Source: Promethearchaeota archaeon (GTDB lineage: Archaea; Asgardarchaeota; Lokiarchaeia; Sigyniarchaeales; SOKP01). From it: a DNA stretch of 64,000 bases. How positions within the stretch are numbered: the first letter of the stretch is position 1; each line of letters opens with the position of its first letter. The position numbers and the translations under genes are program-made. Below are positions 47,056-56,912 of this stretch, piece by piece. The DNA lies in assembly GCA_048939995.1 (NCBI GenBank), contig JBHLOY010000004.1, forward strand, positions 160,001 to 224,000. The letters are read 5' to 3'. Under the pieces are notes generated by a model. That model had not been told where the DNA came from and ran no database searches. It saw nothing but the letters and a program-made list of their open reading frames with translations.

Positions 47056-47814
47056 ATGGGTTGGAAAGAAAAGGTATGGAAATATAGTCGGTTGTTTTAT
47101 GTCAAACTATCTATAATAATTTCTTTCATTTTTATTTCTTTATTAGCTATTATTGTCCTTGTTTCTTCATATGGAGTGTTTTTTGAACCGAGCGATTATA
47201 TATGGTTATTGGTTGGAGCTTTATCATTTTTCATTATAATTTTAATATCTTACTTTATTGTTATAACTGTTAATCAATACAAGGACTATTTCAGAAGAAA
47301 AAGTATTATATCTGAAAGATTCACCTATTTAACTTTCGATGATGTATTTAAGAATGAGAAACGGAAAAAAATAATCGAAAGAATTCTAACTGAACCTGGA
47401 ATTCACAATAATGAGCTCCTTAGACAATGTAATTTACAAAAAGGGCAATTACAATGGCATCTTGAAGTACTTTTAGAGTATGGGATAATAAAAAAAGAAA
47501 AGTTAGGGCAATATATTACATTTTTTCCAACATTCACAGATAAGACACAAGAAAAAAGCCTACGTAGACTAATTGCTAAATCAAAAACTACCTTAGAGAT
47601 TTTAGATCTTATTGAAAATAATCCTGGGATTAATTCATTTTCAATCGCTAAAAAATTAAATATCACTCGAAGCTCTGTAAAGTATCATATTGATAAATTA
47701 TCAAGAAAGAATATAATTTCATTATTCCGTCAAGGAAGAGAAATAAAATTATTTATAAATCAGGAAGAAATTCCAGCACTAAACTCATTATCATCTAAAA
47801 GGCTGAACGATTGA
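47056..47814 (+). CDS. membrane-anchored tandem winged-helix transcriptional regulator
   Basis: 2 N-terminal TMs; two wHTH (PGIHNNEL..LQWHL; NPGI..IAKKL..VKYHI). Confidence 0.8.
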   Translation: MGWKEKVWKYSRLFYVKLSIIISFIFISLLAIIVLVSSYGVFFEPSDYIWLLVGALSFFIIILISYFIVITVNQYKDYFRRKSIISERFTYLTFDDVFKNEKRKKIIERILTEPGIHNNELLRQCNLQKGQLQWHLEVLLEYGIIKKEKLGQYITFFPTFTDKTQEKSLRRLIAKSKTTLEILDLIENNPGINSFSIAKKLNITRSSVKYHIDKLSRKNIISLFRQGREIKLFINQEEIPALNSLSSKRLND

Positions 47815-47877
47815 TTGGAGATATAATCGATGAGATCCAATCAGAATAATGAGCTTTTTCAATTCTTTTTTATCCTT

Positions 47878-48756
47878 TTATTTTAATAATTTAGGAAACT
47901 TATTTTCCATTTTTAATTCTTCTTGAATAATTTCATTCAATAAATCTTCTCGTTCTTTTCCAGCAAGCACTTCTAATTTTCTAATGCTTAATGGATCAAC
48001 TCTTTCCCTTAAAATTTTGATTTCATTTACAGTAGGAGGTGTCGTCTTTTTTAGATTATCGTTAATTAATAATTCAAATCCTGTTGATTCTTTTACACTT
48101 TCAATGCTTACACCCGGATGAATAGATATGACTCTCATACTTTTACTTACTTTATCAAAGTCTAAATAAGCTAAATTTGTTATTACGCATTGAGGACCGG
48201 AACCTCCACATATAGATGATTTACCATCTTGAAATCCTACTCCTGAAATAAAAAATAGCTTCTCAGTTGGAACAAAGGTTCTTGTATCATGTCGAGGAGT
48301 ATATAAAAATGAACCGCGAGAATAAAACATACTAAAATCTGCTATTCCAGCACAACCAGGAAGTCTAACTTTGGGTTTTTCCCAATTTCCTATACAGATG
48401 TTATTAGTATTTCCATATTGATCGATTTGTGCTGGTCTAAAAAATTCTATAGTTGTTAATTTATCAGAAGGTAATGATTCAAGTGTGCATTCTACTGAAT
48501 TTTGGAATCGATAAGCTCTAGCTGTATTCATTTCTAAATAGAGAAGAGACACTTGACGAGGCTCTAAAACAAATGTATTACCCATAATATAATGATAAAT
48601 AGCATCAGTTGCATGGGTTAGTTTCGCTAAAGTAAAAGCAGCCCAGACCATAGGAGTGGCAACACCAACAATCATAACATCATCATTTCTTACCTCCCTT
48701 GCCATTAAGATTGTCATTATTTCATCTACACTATAATCTTTTGAATATTCAGTCAT
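47878..48756 (-). CDS. family I CoA-transferase beta subunit (GctB/CatJ-like)
   Basis: AQIDQYGNTN, RLPG..G, VITNL, SIHPGV; true start MTEYS at 48756. Confidence 0.85.
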   Translation of the reverse strand: MTEYSKDYSVDEIMTILMAREVRNDDVMIVGVATPMVWAAFTLAKLTHATDAIYHYIMGNTFVLEPRQVSLLYLEMNTARAYRFQNSVECTLESLPSDKLTTIEFFRPAQIDQYGNTNNICIGNWEKPKVRLPGCAGIADFSMFYSRGSFLYTPRHDTRTFVPTEKLFFISGVGFQDGKSSICGGSGPQCVITNLAYLDFDKVSKSMRVISIHPGVSIESVKESTGFELLINDNLKKTTPPTVNEIKILRERVDPLSIRKLEVLAGKEREDLLNEIIQEELKMENKFPKLLK

Positions 48757-48772
48757 TTTTTCCCTCTTTAAT

Positions 48773-49573
48773 CTAACTTTTAATCCAATCATTAATTGCA
48801 ATTTTAACAGAGCGGCGCATTTCCTTTGAGTAATCTGCAGCCAATTTTGCAAAATAAAATTTTTGTCCTATATTTTTAGCATATTTTATATAATAGCCTC
48901 GTTCCACTCCTTCAAACATTTCGTTAAAATCTTGTTTATTTAATCTTTTATATTGGTTAATGAAATGAATAAATTTTTGAGGAAATCGAGGTTGTAATGG
49001 AATATGCTCCTTATCACCTTTAGGGTAACCAAAACAGACCATAGTGATAGGAAATACCCATTTAGACAAGTTAAGAAGCTCACGATGGATTTCAATATTT
49101 TCTATAATATCACCAATATAACATGAACCGATCCCTAAAGCTTCAGCTGTTATTACCGCATTTTGGGCTGCAATTAAGGCATCGCAACAAGCAAGAAGTA
49201 AATCAGATTCTTGAGGTGTCTCAAAATTCAAACCCATCTCAGCGCATAATTCTTCTACCTCGCAAACATTAAAATAATCCCACCATCTTTGCATATCAGC
49301 TAGAAATACTAAGACTAAAGGTGCCTTAGCTATGTGAGGTTGATTATCGCATGTTTTCGCTAATTTATTTTTTATGTCTTGGTCAGTCACTTGAATAATA
49401 GAATAAAACATCATATTTCCTGCTGTTGGTGCTCTCATTGCTCCATGGATAATTAAATCTATTTCTTCTTGGCTAAGATTTTTTGAATTGTATGCGCGAA
49501 TTGTTCTTCTCTTCTCTATTAAATCTATCGTTTGATAATCTTTTTTATTTATTTTCATATTAACACACATCAA
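48773..49573 (-). CDS. NfsA/FRP-like flavin nitroreductase
   Basis: RRTIRAY, APTAGN, DNQP, AQN..AEALGIGSCYIG, GYP. Confidence 0.88.
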   Translation of the reverse strand: MMCVNMKINKKDYQTIDLIEKRRTIRAYNSKNLSQEEIDLIIHGAMRAPTAGNMMFYSIIQVTDQDIKNKLAKTCDNQPHIAKAPLVLVFLADMQRWWDYFNVCEVEELCAEMGLNFETPQESDLLLACCDALIAAQNAVITAEALGIGSCYIGDIIENIEIHRELLNLSKWVFPITMVCFGYPKGDKEHIPLQPRFPQKFIHFINQYKRLNKQDFNEMFEGVERGYYIKYAKNIGQKFYFAKLAADYSKEMRRSVKIAINDWIKS

Positions 49574-49581
49574 TACTAATT

Positions 49582-50442
49582 TTATAACAATATATTAAGA
49601 ATAGTTTGTATTCCTCCTGCTTCCTCGAGATATTGCGTATGATTCTTACCAAAAATGAACTTATTTTTATATTCTTCAAATGTCAATTTAAGATATTCTT
49701 GAATATGGAGAGGATCAAATGTATATATGGGATAACAACTTGTAGGATGCGCTCCAAATGGAGACCTGACTACTGCACTAGTAGTTTGCATCGGAAGTTG
49801 AGCTTTTCCAGGTGAATACCTAATATCTTCAGTTTCAACAAGTTTTTCACATATAATTATTGTTTTTTTGGCTGTTTTTGCCATATCATCGTCCATCCAA
49901 ACTGCTCCAGCAATATTTCCATTTCCGCACTCATCAGCATAAGGTACATGCAAAATAGCAACATCCAAATCAATTTTAGGGACTGCCATAACTTGAACTC
50001 CTGAACCAAGTGGATCTTCAATTTGTTTAATATCTTTTCGAACTTTAGAAAAATCAGTACCGATAATCCCTTTCAAAGGCATAAAAGGTACTTTTAGATA
50101 AGACGCTCTTAATCCTAAAGCAATCGTCGCCTCACTTTCTTCAGATATCTTAACAGAACCAGATTCTACCGCGTTCTTATAGTTAGGAGCCATACCAAAT
50201 ATTTCAACTGAAACGAAACATGATTTTACCTCAGAAACACATTCAGCTCCAATTAACATATCCACTTCAATTCCACCCACAAAAGTGCATATTGTTAATT
50301 TCTTTTTATTTTGTTTAATAATCTCCCTACAGGCACTAATTGGTTTTCTCCAAAATGACAATCCTCCAAATCCAACAAGATCACCATCTTGAATGAATGT
50401 TGAGACGGCATCACTTAAGGACATTAATTTACTTTTTCTCAT
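49582..50442 (-). CDS. family I CoA-transferase alpha subunit (GctA/CatI-like)
   Basis: SKLMSLSDAV..I.DGD..GG, PFMP, DVAILH..AD..GN, PFGAHPT. Confidence 0.88.
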   Translation of the reverse strand: MRKSKLMSLSDAVSTFIQDGDLVGFGGLSFWRKPISACREIIKQNKKKLTICTFVGGIEVDMLIGAECVSEVKSCFVSVEIFGMAPNYKNAVESGSVKISEESEATIALGLRASYLKVPFMPLKGIIGTDFSKVRKDIKQIEDPLGSGVQVMAVPKIDLDVAILHVPYADECGNGNIAGAVWMDDDMAKTAKKTIIICEKLVETEDIRYSPGKAQLPMQTTSAVVRSPFGAHPTSCYPIYTFDPLHIQEYLKLTFEEYKNKFIFGKNHTQYLEEAGGIQTILNILL

Positions 50443-50568
50443 TAGTAATCTCTCGATACAAAAATAGCTATAATAAAATACTTTACAATTATAATTTTTT
50501 ATCTAATTAAAATTAATATGAATATAGTTAATTATTCTAATTTTGGATTGTGAAAATATTAAGTATAT

Positions 50569-51336
50569 TTAATTCTTTTTCACTTTTTCTAATTGTTCTT
50601 TTAATTTGATAAAGTATTCGGGAGTTCCCAACTTAAAAGGGATGGGATAACGAGTTCCAAATTTGTGAGTTTCTTCCATTCCATGAATTATATCATTAAT
50701 CAAAGCAAATGGGATTGAAGCTATTAAATCTGAATCTTTTGCCATTCCATAACGACGATCCCCTAAGCACGGAAAAGCAATTTGTAAATCATCTGTCAAT
50801 ATGGGATTTGAAATTGTATCGGCGCACACTCCATCACAAAATGTTGTTATTGAAATTCTCCCCCCTTTTTTCCATAAATATCCTTGGATAATGCGCATAA
50901 TCTGAGCTGAGTTTCCCCAAATCAATAATAAATCCGGCTTGAAATCTATTCGATGCAAAGCCCCAGCAACAATAGCATTGTATTTACCAAATGGAATTTT
51001 AGGAATACTTGCTGTAGTTTTTTTGGCAGCCTCTTTAGTTTCATTATATCTTCCGATGAAAAAAGCCCCTTCCTCAAAAAGTTTATGTGATCCTTCAAAT
51101 CCAAGCGATATTCCAGCGAGAGGACATAGATTATCCTCTTTTGTGCAACCCATTGTCCATCCATAATATCGTGCATAACTAAAAATTTGACAAATAACTA
51201 ATTTCTCTTCAGGTTTTTTAAGAAATTTTATTTTGTCAAGTTCTTTTGAATCTTCTAATAGCTTGACGCCAATAGGAAAAGTACTTAATCGTAAGTATTT
51301 ATTTAATTTAGTATCTAATTGTTTTAAATCTTCCAT
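50569..51336 (-). CDS. DUF169 family protein
   Basis: L.TFPIGVK, ICQ..AR, CP, GVCAD, PCLGDR. Confidence 0.8.
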   Translation of the reverse strand: MEDLKQLDTKLNKYLRLSTFPIGVKLLEDSKELDKIKFLKKPEEKLVICQIFSYARYYGWTMGCTKEDNLCPLAGISLGFEGSHKLFEEGAFFIGRYNETKEAAKKTTASIPKIPFGKYNAIVAGALHRIDFKPDLLLIWGNSAQIMRIIQGYLWKKGGRISITTFCDGVCADTISNPILTDDLQIAFPCLGDRRYGMAKDSDLIASIPFALINDIIHGMEETHKFGTRYPIPFKLGTPEYFIKLKEQLEKVKKN

Positions 51337-51352
51337 AAAATCTTCTCATTTA

Positions 51353-52474
51353 TTATATTTTTAGGATCTTACTCTTTCTTTGACTTATTCTGTCAAATAA
51401 ATCGTCCATAGTTGGAAATGGCATAAATTGCTTATCTTTCTTTTTTAATTCAATTGCTTCTGAAGGACACTTTACAATGCAATTTCCACATCCAATACAA
51501 CGTTTCTGAATAATAGATGATAATTCATTTTCCAAAATAATTGCTTCCATCGGACAAGTCTCCTTGCATGTTCCACAACCTGTACAGAGTTCAGGATCCA
51601 CTTCAGCAAAATAGTTTGAAATTGTTAGTTGTCCTGGATTTGGAAGCTTCACATATCTGGATAAGGATTCACAACAACAACTACAACAACTACAAATAAA
51701 ACATAACTGTTGAGAATTATCTGGTTGAAGGACTAATCCATCTTCTTGGTTTTGTAGTAAGATGTTTAGTGCTTCATCCTTTGTTATTTCACGTCCCCAA
51801 CCTTGCTCGATATAAAGTTTAGCTCCGAAACCGAATCCTAGACAAAGTTCTCTCCGTGAAGTAAGTTCACATGATTCTTCCATAATGTCTTTCAATTGCC
51901 TACAAATACAATTAGTAACCATAAATGGACCTTCAGTAGTTTCAATAAGTTCTTTCAAATCATCATAAAAGCTGACATTTTGTTTAATATTGATACTTTT
52001 TTCAACTGGTATTGTACGCAATTGAGCTCCTTTCACTCGGAATGCTTCTTTTAGCCATCCTTCATCAAAATAATCGTGGAAATCTTTAATGAACTCTTTG
52101 GGAAAGTTATCAAGCTTATTCACTTGGAATTCAAATATTCCAACCATTAAAAGTGCATTACCATAGAACTTAACACCATTTTCTTTTTTGAACATGATTA
52201 GACCCTTTTTAGTCATACAATCAAGTTTCTCTTCTAAGTCCTCCTTCGAGATATTTTTATTTTTAACTCGCTCATAGATAGTGTCTAATGTTTCGAGATC
52301 ACGATTCCAGCCAAATCGTAATAACATAGCAGTTTCAGCTTCATCAGGACTAAATAAATGCTTTAATAATCGTATATCAGATCCTGATTTGGTTCGTGGA
52401 AAACCAATGGGCATTTTATCAAGATGTAATTGAAGTCTTCTGTAAACATCTTTCTCCTCTGTATTTGAACTCAT
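51353..52474 (-). CDS. 4Fe-4S dicluster protein with Cys-rich central domain
   Basis: CICR, ICSCCSCCC, CTGCGTC..CP, CIGCGNC..CP. Confidence 0.82.
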   Translation of the reverse strand: MSSNTEEKDVYRRLQLHLDKMPIGFPRTKSGSDIRLLKHLFSPDEAETAMLLRFGWNRDLETLDTIYERVKNKNISKEDLEEKLDCMTKKGLIMFKKENGVKFYGNALLMVGIFEFQVNKLDNFPKEFIKDFHDYFDEGWLKEAFRVKGAQLRTIPVEKSINIKQNVSFYDDLKELIETTEGPFMVTNCICRQLKDIMEESCELTSRRELCLGFGFGAKLYIEQGWGREITKDEALNILLQNQEDGLVLQPDNSQQLCFICSCCSCCCESLSRYVKLPNPGQLTISNYFAEVDPELCTGCGTCKETCPMEAIILENELSSIIQKRCIGCGNCIVKCPSEAIELKKKDKQFMPFPTMDDLFDRISQRKSKILKI

Positions 52475-52664
52475 ATTTAGATTCTTGACCCTTTTTTATA
52501 TAAAAAATAATTAAATGATGAAATATTTCCAATCTTAAATTTATTTTTTATTCCTTTTTAAACTAAAAAGAAGGATTATTATTAGTAAAATAGGCAAAGT
52601 TTAAACCACATTTAATCTGATTCTGTCTCTTCTTGCATCTAAATTAAATTCGATCTATCTCACA

Positions 52665-53981
52665 TCATAATGAATCAGTTGGATTTACTTTTCTATTTTT
52701 AATAGTTCTCTTATTTATAATCAGACCGATAGTAATGATTAAAACTACAAAAACCAATATATATATACTTGGAATTTCTCCATCTGTTACTGATGTTACA
52801 ATTCCCCCATCTCTAATAAGCCAATTAAAATTATTAATAATAGCTTGTTTTGCATCCTTGGCTGCACTACTATATTTGGAGGAACCTGCATCAAAAGTTA
52901 CATTAAATCGCAAGGAAAGTTGCGACCAACCTATTAATAATTGATCATAATTCGAGGTCGATAGTGCAACCCCATAGAACATATAATCCATATTTTTCAC
53001 ATTTGAGACGTTCCAATTACCGAGAGGCTGATCAAACGAAGGAGCAAAACAGAACATGAATCTCATTGTATTTACGCTCGGGACATCCCAGTTGCCCAGG
53101 GGTTGATTGAATGATGAAGCAAAATAGAATATATAATCCATATTTGTCACATTTGAGACATTCCAGTCACCTATGGGTTGGTTGAATGAGGATGAGTCGG
53201 TAAACATATAACTCATGTCATTCACACTCGAGACATCCCAGTCACCAAGGTATTGATTGAATGAAGAAGCTCCATGGAACATGAATCTCATAGTTGTCAC
53301 TCTGGAGACATTCCAGTTATCGATGGATATATTGAATGAAGAAGCTCCATAGAACATAAAATCCATATTAGTGACCTTGGAGGTGTCCCAATTATTCATA
53401 TTACCATTGCTACTTAAACTGGGGCAATTCCTAAAAGCAGAATGTAAACTTGTTGTTCCCGTTAAATTTATATCATCAGTTGCAGTAAGTGCTAAATTAG
53501 AACATCCTGAAAAATATTTTTCTGAATTTCCTAATTGCAAGCAACCCCATTGTTGAATTTGGAGTATCTTTAGCTTATCACCCCCGAAACCAAATCTCCA
53601 TCCAATAATAGTTCCCATGATGCTTATAGTATATACTCCTTCGGAATTATAGGTGTGTATAGCAGTAGGTTGATCCCAATTTATGATTGTATCATTGTTC
53701 ATATCCCCCCATTCTACTGTGAAATTATATGTTCCACTCGATTCTAATGGTAGGCATACTTGATTGCTACTGCTAGAACCCTCACTTATCTTTGTTGTAT
53801 CCCAGACAGAGATAAACTCTTTCGGGTTTGATGCGACAGGATTATGTGAATCTAAGTCGGTGGTAGCTCTTTTTAGCTCATAAAAGGGATACTCATGAGT
53901 CGAAATACTCAAGGATATCGATAGTAAGACTATAGATACTACACATAGTTTTGTTAATTTAAATTTTTTCAAACTAATCAT
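52665..53981 (-). CDS. BspA-like/DUF285 repeat surface protein with PKD-like domain and C-terminal membrane anchor
   Basis: signal peptide; V.WGD..H.Y..G.YTI; 25-aa W.VS.V..M..MF...SFNQ repeats; C-terminal TM plus basic tail. Confidence 0.88.
   Translation of the reverse strand: MISLKKFKLTKLCVVSIVLLSISLSISTHEYPFYELKRATTDLDSHNPVASNPKEFISVWDTTKISEGSSSSNQVCLPLESSGTYNFTVEWGDMNNDTIINWDQPTAIHTYNSEGVYTISIMGTIIGWRFGFGGDKLKILQIQQWGCLQLGNSEKYFSGCSNLALTATDDINLTGTTSLHSAFRNCPSLSSNGNMNNWDTSKVTNMDFMFYGASSFNISIDNWNVSRVTTMRFMFHGASSFNQYLGDWDVSSVNDMSYMFTDSSSFNQPIGDWNVSNVTNMDYIFYFASSFNQPLGNWDVPSVNTMRFMFCFAPSFDQPLGNWNVSNVKNMDYMFYGVALSTSNYDQLLIGWSQLSLRFNVTFDAGSSKYSSAAKDAKQAIINNFNWLIRDGGIVTSVTDGEIPSIYILVFVVLIITIGLIINKRTIKNRKVNPTDSL
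52975..53395 (-). repeat. 75-bp coding tandem repeats (about 6 imperfect units)
   Basis: e.g. atataatccatattt recurs 150 bp apart and gaacatgaatctcat 225 bp apart. Confidence 0.8.
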
Positions 53982-54335
53982 TTTTTACTGTCTTTTGTAA
54001 AATACTGGACTTCTTCAAGAATATTATTAGAAAATAGAATTTTTAAATCTTTTTCAAAGTTAATAATTAGAAAAAAATTTCTAAAATAATTTAATTAAAA
54101 TATTTTTATCGCTTCTCTTTTGGTGATTTATAGATAATTGCAGCATTGACGGCTCTCCTTCATCAATTATTTTATCATAATGTAAATTACAACACTCTTG
54201 AGACTATAGTATCTTTAAAAATGTGCATTGAAAAATATAGAAAATTTAAATTTTATTCAATTTAAATCATTTTTATTGATTAAAGATTATTATTAATATT
54301 TAACTTATATTTGACATTTTATTTGGTGATTAAAA

Positions 54336-54872
54336 ATAACTCGAAAAAGGCTGACTATTGGCTTAGTGCAATGTTACTTTGGAAGAGGTAAAGGAAAGAC
54401 TACAGCCGCATTAGGTCAAGGATTTCGTGCTACTGGACAAGGTTTCAAAGTTTACATGATTCAATTTATGAAGGGTTGGGACAAATATGGAGAGGTGAAT
54501 GCAATTAAAAATACAGATAATTTTGAACTTAAACAATTTGGTACACCCGATCTTATTTCTGAACCAAGAGAAATCGACTATGAGGAGGCTAAAAAAGCAT
54601 TGAAATTTGCTGAAGAAATTATTACGAGTGATAAATATGATATAGTAATTTTAGATGAGATCGGGGTTGCTATCGAATATAATTTGATTGCGGTTGAAGA
54701 AGTCTTGGAATTAATAAATAAAAAACCCGAAAAAGTTGAATTAATATTGACTGGTGGTCCTAATATACATCCCAAGATAAAAGAAAGAGCTGACTTATTA
54801 ACTGAAATGAGGATGATTAAACATTATTACTCTTCAAAAGGGATCACTGCAAGGTTAGGTATTGAATATTAA
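54336..54872 (+). CDS. cobO: cob(I)alamin adenosyltransferase CobO/BtuR (start possibly ATA 54336)
   Basis: GLVQCYFGRGKGKTTAALG, IQFMKG, ILDE, ELILTG, ADLLTEM..KH, GIEY. Confidence 0.9.
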   Translation: MTRKRLTIGLVQCYFGRGKGKTTAALGQGFRATGQGFKVYMIQFMKGWDKYGEVNAIKNTDNFELKQFGTPDLISEPREIDYEEAKKALKFAEEIITSDKYDIVILDEIGVAIEYNLIAVEEVLELINKKPEKVELILTGGPNIHPKIKERADLLTEMRMIKHYYSSKGITARLGIEY

Positions 54873-54892
54873 TAAGAAATTTAATTAAAAAA

Positions 54893-55645
54893 ATGGATAT
54901 TAATAAACTTTATAGGAAAATTATAAGTGATCTAGAAAAGGAAGCCATTAGTAAATTTAAATCAAAGGATGATTATTTAAGTTGGAATCATGAAGTTTTC
55001 AACAAATATGGATATAGAGCTTATAACTTAAGTGTACCAGAAATAGACAATATAGTTAAGAAATATCATAATCAATTTAAAATGCTTTCCTTTGATGAAA
55101 GGTTAGAGTTATCAAGTAAATTTTACAAATCGGGATATATTGGACAAACTAGCTTTGGATTACAAATTCTAAAAATTAGTCTACCAGAATTAAGACCCAA
55201 ATATTTTGATTATCTTGATGAAATTGTTAGCACTTTTACTGGTTGGGGTCCAACAGATTCTTTTTCTCTCTATATAATGCAACCTTTGTTAAAGAGATAT
55301 CCTAATGAAGTAAAAAAATTGTTAGAAAAGTGGAATGATTCTCAGCATCTATGGAAAAAACGAGCAAGTGTCGTTGTTTTTACAAGAAAAGTTGGAGCTA
55401 GTGGTGAACACCTAGATTATCTCCTAAAATTATGTGATAATTTAATATGGAATAATGAGGATTTAGTAAGAAAAGCAGTTGGTTGGGCACTTAAAGATAA
55501 TATGGTTGGAAAAAATAAAGAAAAAGTGTTAAATTATATTAAAGAATTGAGGAAAAAGGGTGTTTCATCAACAATAACTCTTTATTCAATTCGAAGATTA
55601 AAAGGAAAAGAAAGAAAAGAAATCTTAAGAATTAAACCAAAATAG
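54893..55645 (+). CDS. AlkD-like DNA alkylation repair (HEAT-repeat) protein
   Basis: W..TD, W.KRAS, EDLVRKAVGWALK. Confidence 0.8.
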   Translation: MDINKLYRKIISDLEKEAISKFKSKDDYLSWNHEVFNKYGYRAYNLSVPEIDNIVKKYHNQFKMLSFDERLELSSKFYKSGYIGQTSFGLQILKISLPELRPKYFDYLDEIVSTFTGWGPTDSFSLYIMQPLLKRYPNEVKKLLEKWNDSQHLWKKRASVVVFTRKVGASGEHLDYLLKLCDNLIWNNEDLVRKAVGWALKDNMVGKNKEKVLNYIKELRKKGVSSTITLYSIRRLKGKERKEILRIKPK

Positions 55646-55687
55646 AAATCAATAAAAAAATTATAGAAATAATAATTATCTCATAAT

Positions 55688-56050
55688 ATGAATGAAAAAA
55701 TAGAAAATAGATTAATAGCTTATTGTGGTATTGATTGTGGAAGGTGCAACATTTATCTTGCTCCCAATAATCCTAAGATTGCTAAAGACTTAATAAGAAC
55801 TTTTGAAGGTGCGTGGGATAATGTTAAACCAGAAGATTTTTCGTGTAGTACTTGTAGAGGTCCAATTGATGAATGTTGGAGTTCAGAGTGTTGGATTCGA
55901 GATTGTTGTTCTAAGATAAAAAAACTAAATTATTGTTATGAATGTGATGAATTTCCTTGTGCTAATCTAGAGAAATGGGCTTTAAAAAGCAAAGGTTATA
56001 AAAAAGCACTAAACAGACTCAGGAAAATGAAAGGCCTTGATTTTAAATAA
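55688..56050 (+). CDS. DUF3795 Cys-rich protein
   Basis: IAYCGIDC..C, C.TCR, C.IR.C, CYEC.EFPC. Confidence 0.8.
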   Translation: MNEKIENRLIAYCGIDCGRCNIYLAPNNPKIAKDLIRTFEGAWDNVKPEDFSCSTCRGPIDECWSSECWIRDCCSKIKKLNYCYECDEFPCANLEKWALKSKGYKKALNRLRKMKGLDFK

Positions 56051-56738
56051 AAAACCCTTTGATAATTAAAATTCCCCCTAAATTAAATAGAATTAAGGCA
56101 AGACTCTCAGTTAACATTTCTTCAGAAATGCCACCAATTAAATTTGATGCGAGTCCAATAACGACTATAATTATTCCTACAAAAAACCATTGTAATCTTT
56201 TTTTAGTTCCTCCTTCAACCTTTTTAGTCATCATTGCATATTTGCATATAACATAAATCGCTAAACTAATCCTTAGAAGATTTACCAAAGAGAACCATAT
56301 TAAAGCAGCACCAGTAGTCAAAGTATCAACCATACCCTGTTCATACAAACTTAGGTTCAAAGATGGTCTCCATATAAAGAATCCAAAACTCATTAGGATA
56401 AATAAAATCATCATTGTTCCGAAATATTTAATACTCATAGCTACTTTTTGGGATTTTTCTAAGATAAAAACTGTCATTACCAAGGATATAGGAATGAAAT
56501 TGAAAAAGATTTGAGCTGGAATCCTGATTGAAATAATGAGAGACTCACATCCACCACAAAATATCAAATGATAAATTAGATATAACAAAAATCCAAAAGA
56601 AGCAGAGTAGAAAAATAGCGCAAACCATCTATTTAGCCAATTTGTTCGATTTAAGCGTAGTTCAATAAACCCTCCTATAAATGTAATTATAACTGTTATC
56701 CCTACAATAATCATTTCTAAAATATAGAAACCAATCAT
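56043..56738 (-). CDS. stand-alone 7TM membrane protein (HisKA_7TM-like)
   Basis: seven hydrophobic segments; LNRWFALFF after TM1; no cytoplasmic output domain. Confidence 0.6.
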   Translation of the reverse strand: MIGFYILEMIIVGITVIITFIGGFIELRLNRTNWLNRWFALFFYSASFGFLLYLIYHLIFCGGCESLIISIRIPAQIFFNFIPISLVMTVFILEKSQKVAMSIKYFGTMMILFILMSFGFFIWRPSLNLSLYEQGMVDTLTTGAALIWFSLVNLLRISLAIYVICKYAMMTKKVEGGTKKRLQWFFVGIIIVVIGLASNLIGGISEEMLTESLALILFNLGGILIIKGFFI

Positions 56739-56912
56739 CAGTATTTTACCCTTTTAATATTAAAACATAATAATGACTTATAATAATTTTAAATTTACCT
56801 TTCTTGATTAAAAAAACAATATCTTTAAGTTTTAAATAATAAAAAATTAGATATATCAAATATAAAATATTTTCTATTCATTTATTCAATACTCCAATTT
56901 TGATGTTTACAT

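Noticed and set aside
52975-53395. Repeats as a CRISPR array or DGR template
   Set aside because: In-frame 75-bp coding repeats without unique spacers; no cas or reverse transcriptase genes.
53982-54335. Cobalamin riboswitch upstream of cobO
   Set aside because: No B12-box or GGGAA/GCCACTG-type conserved segments; the region is very AT-rich.
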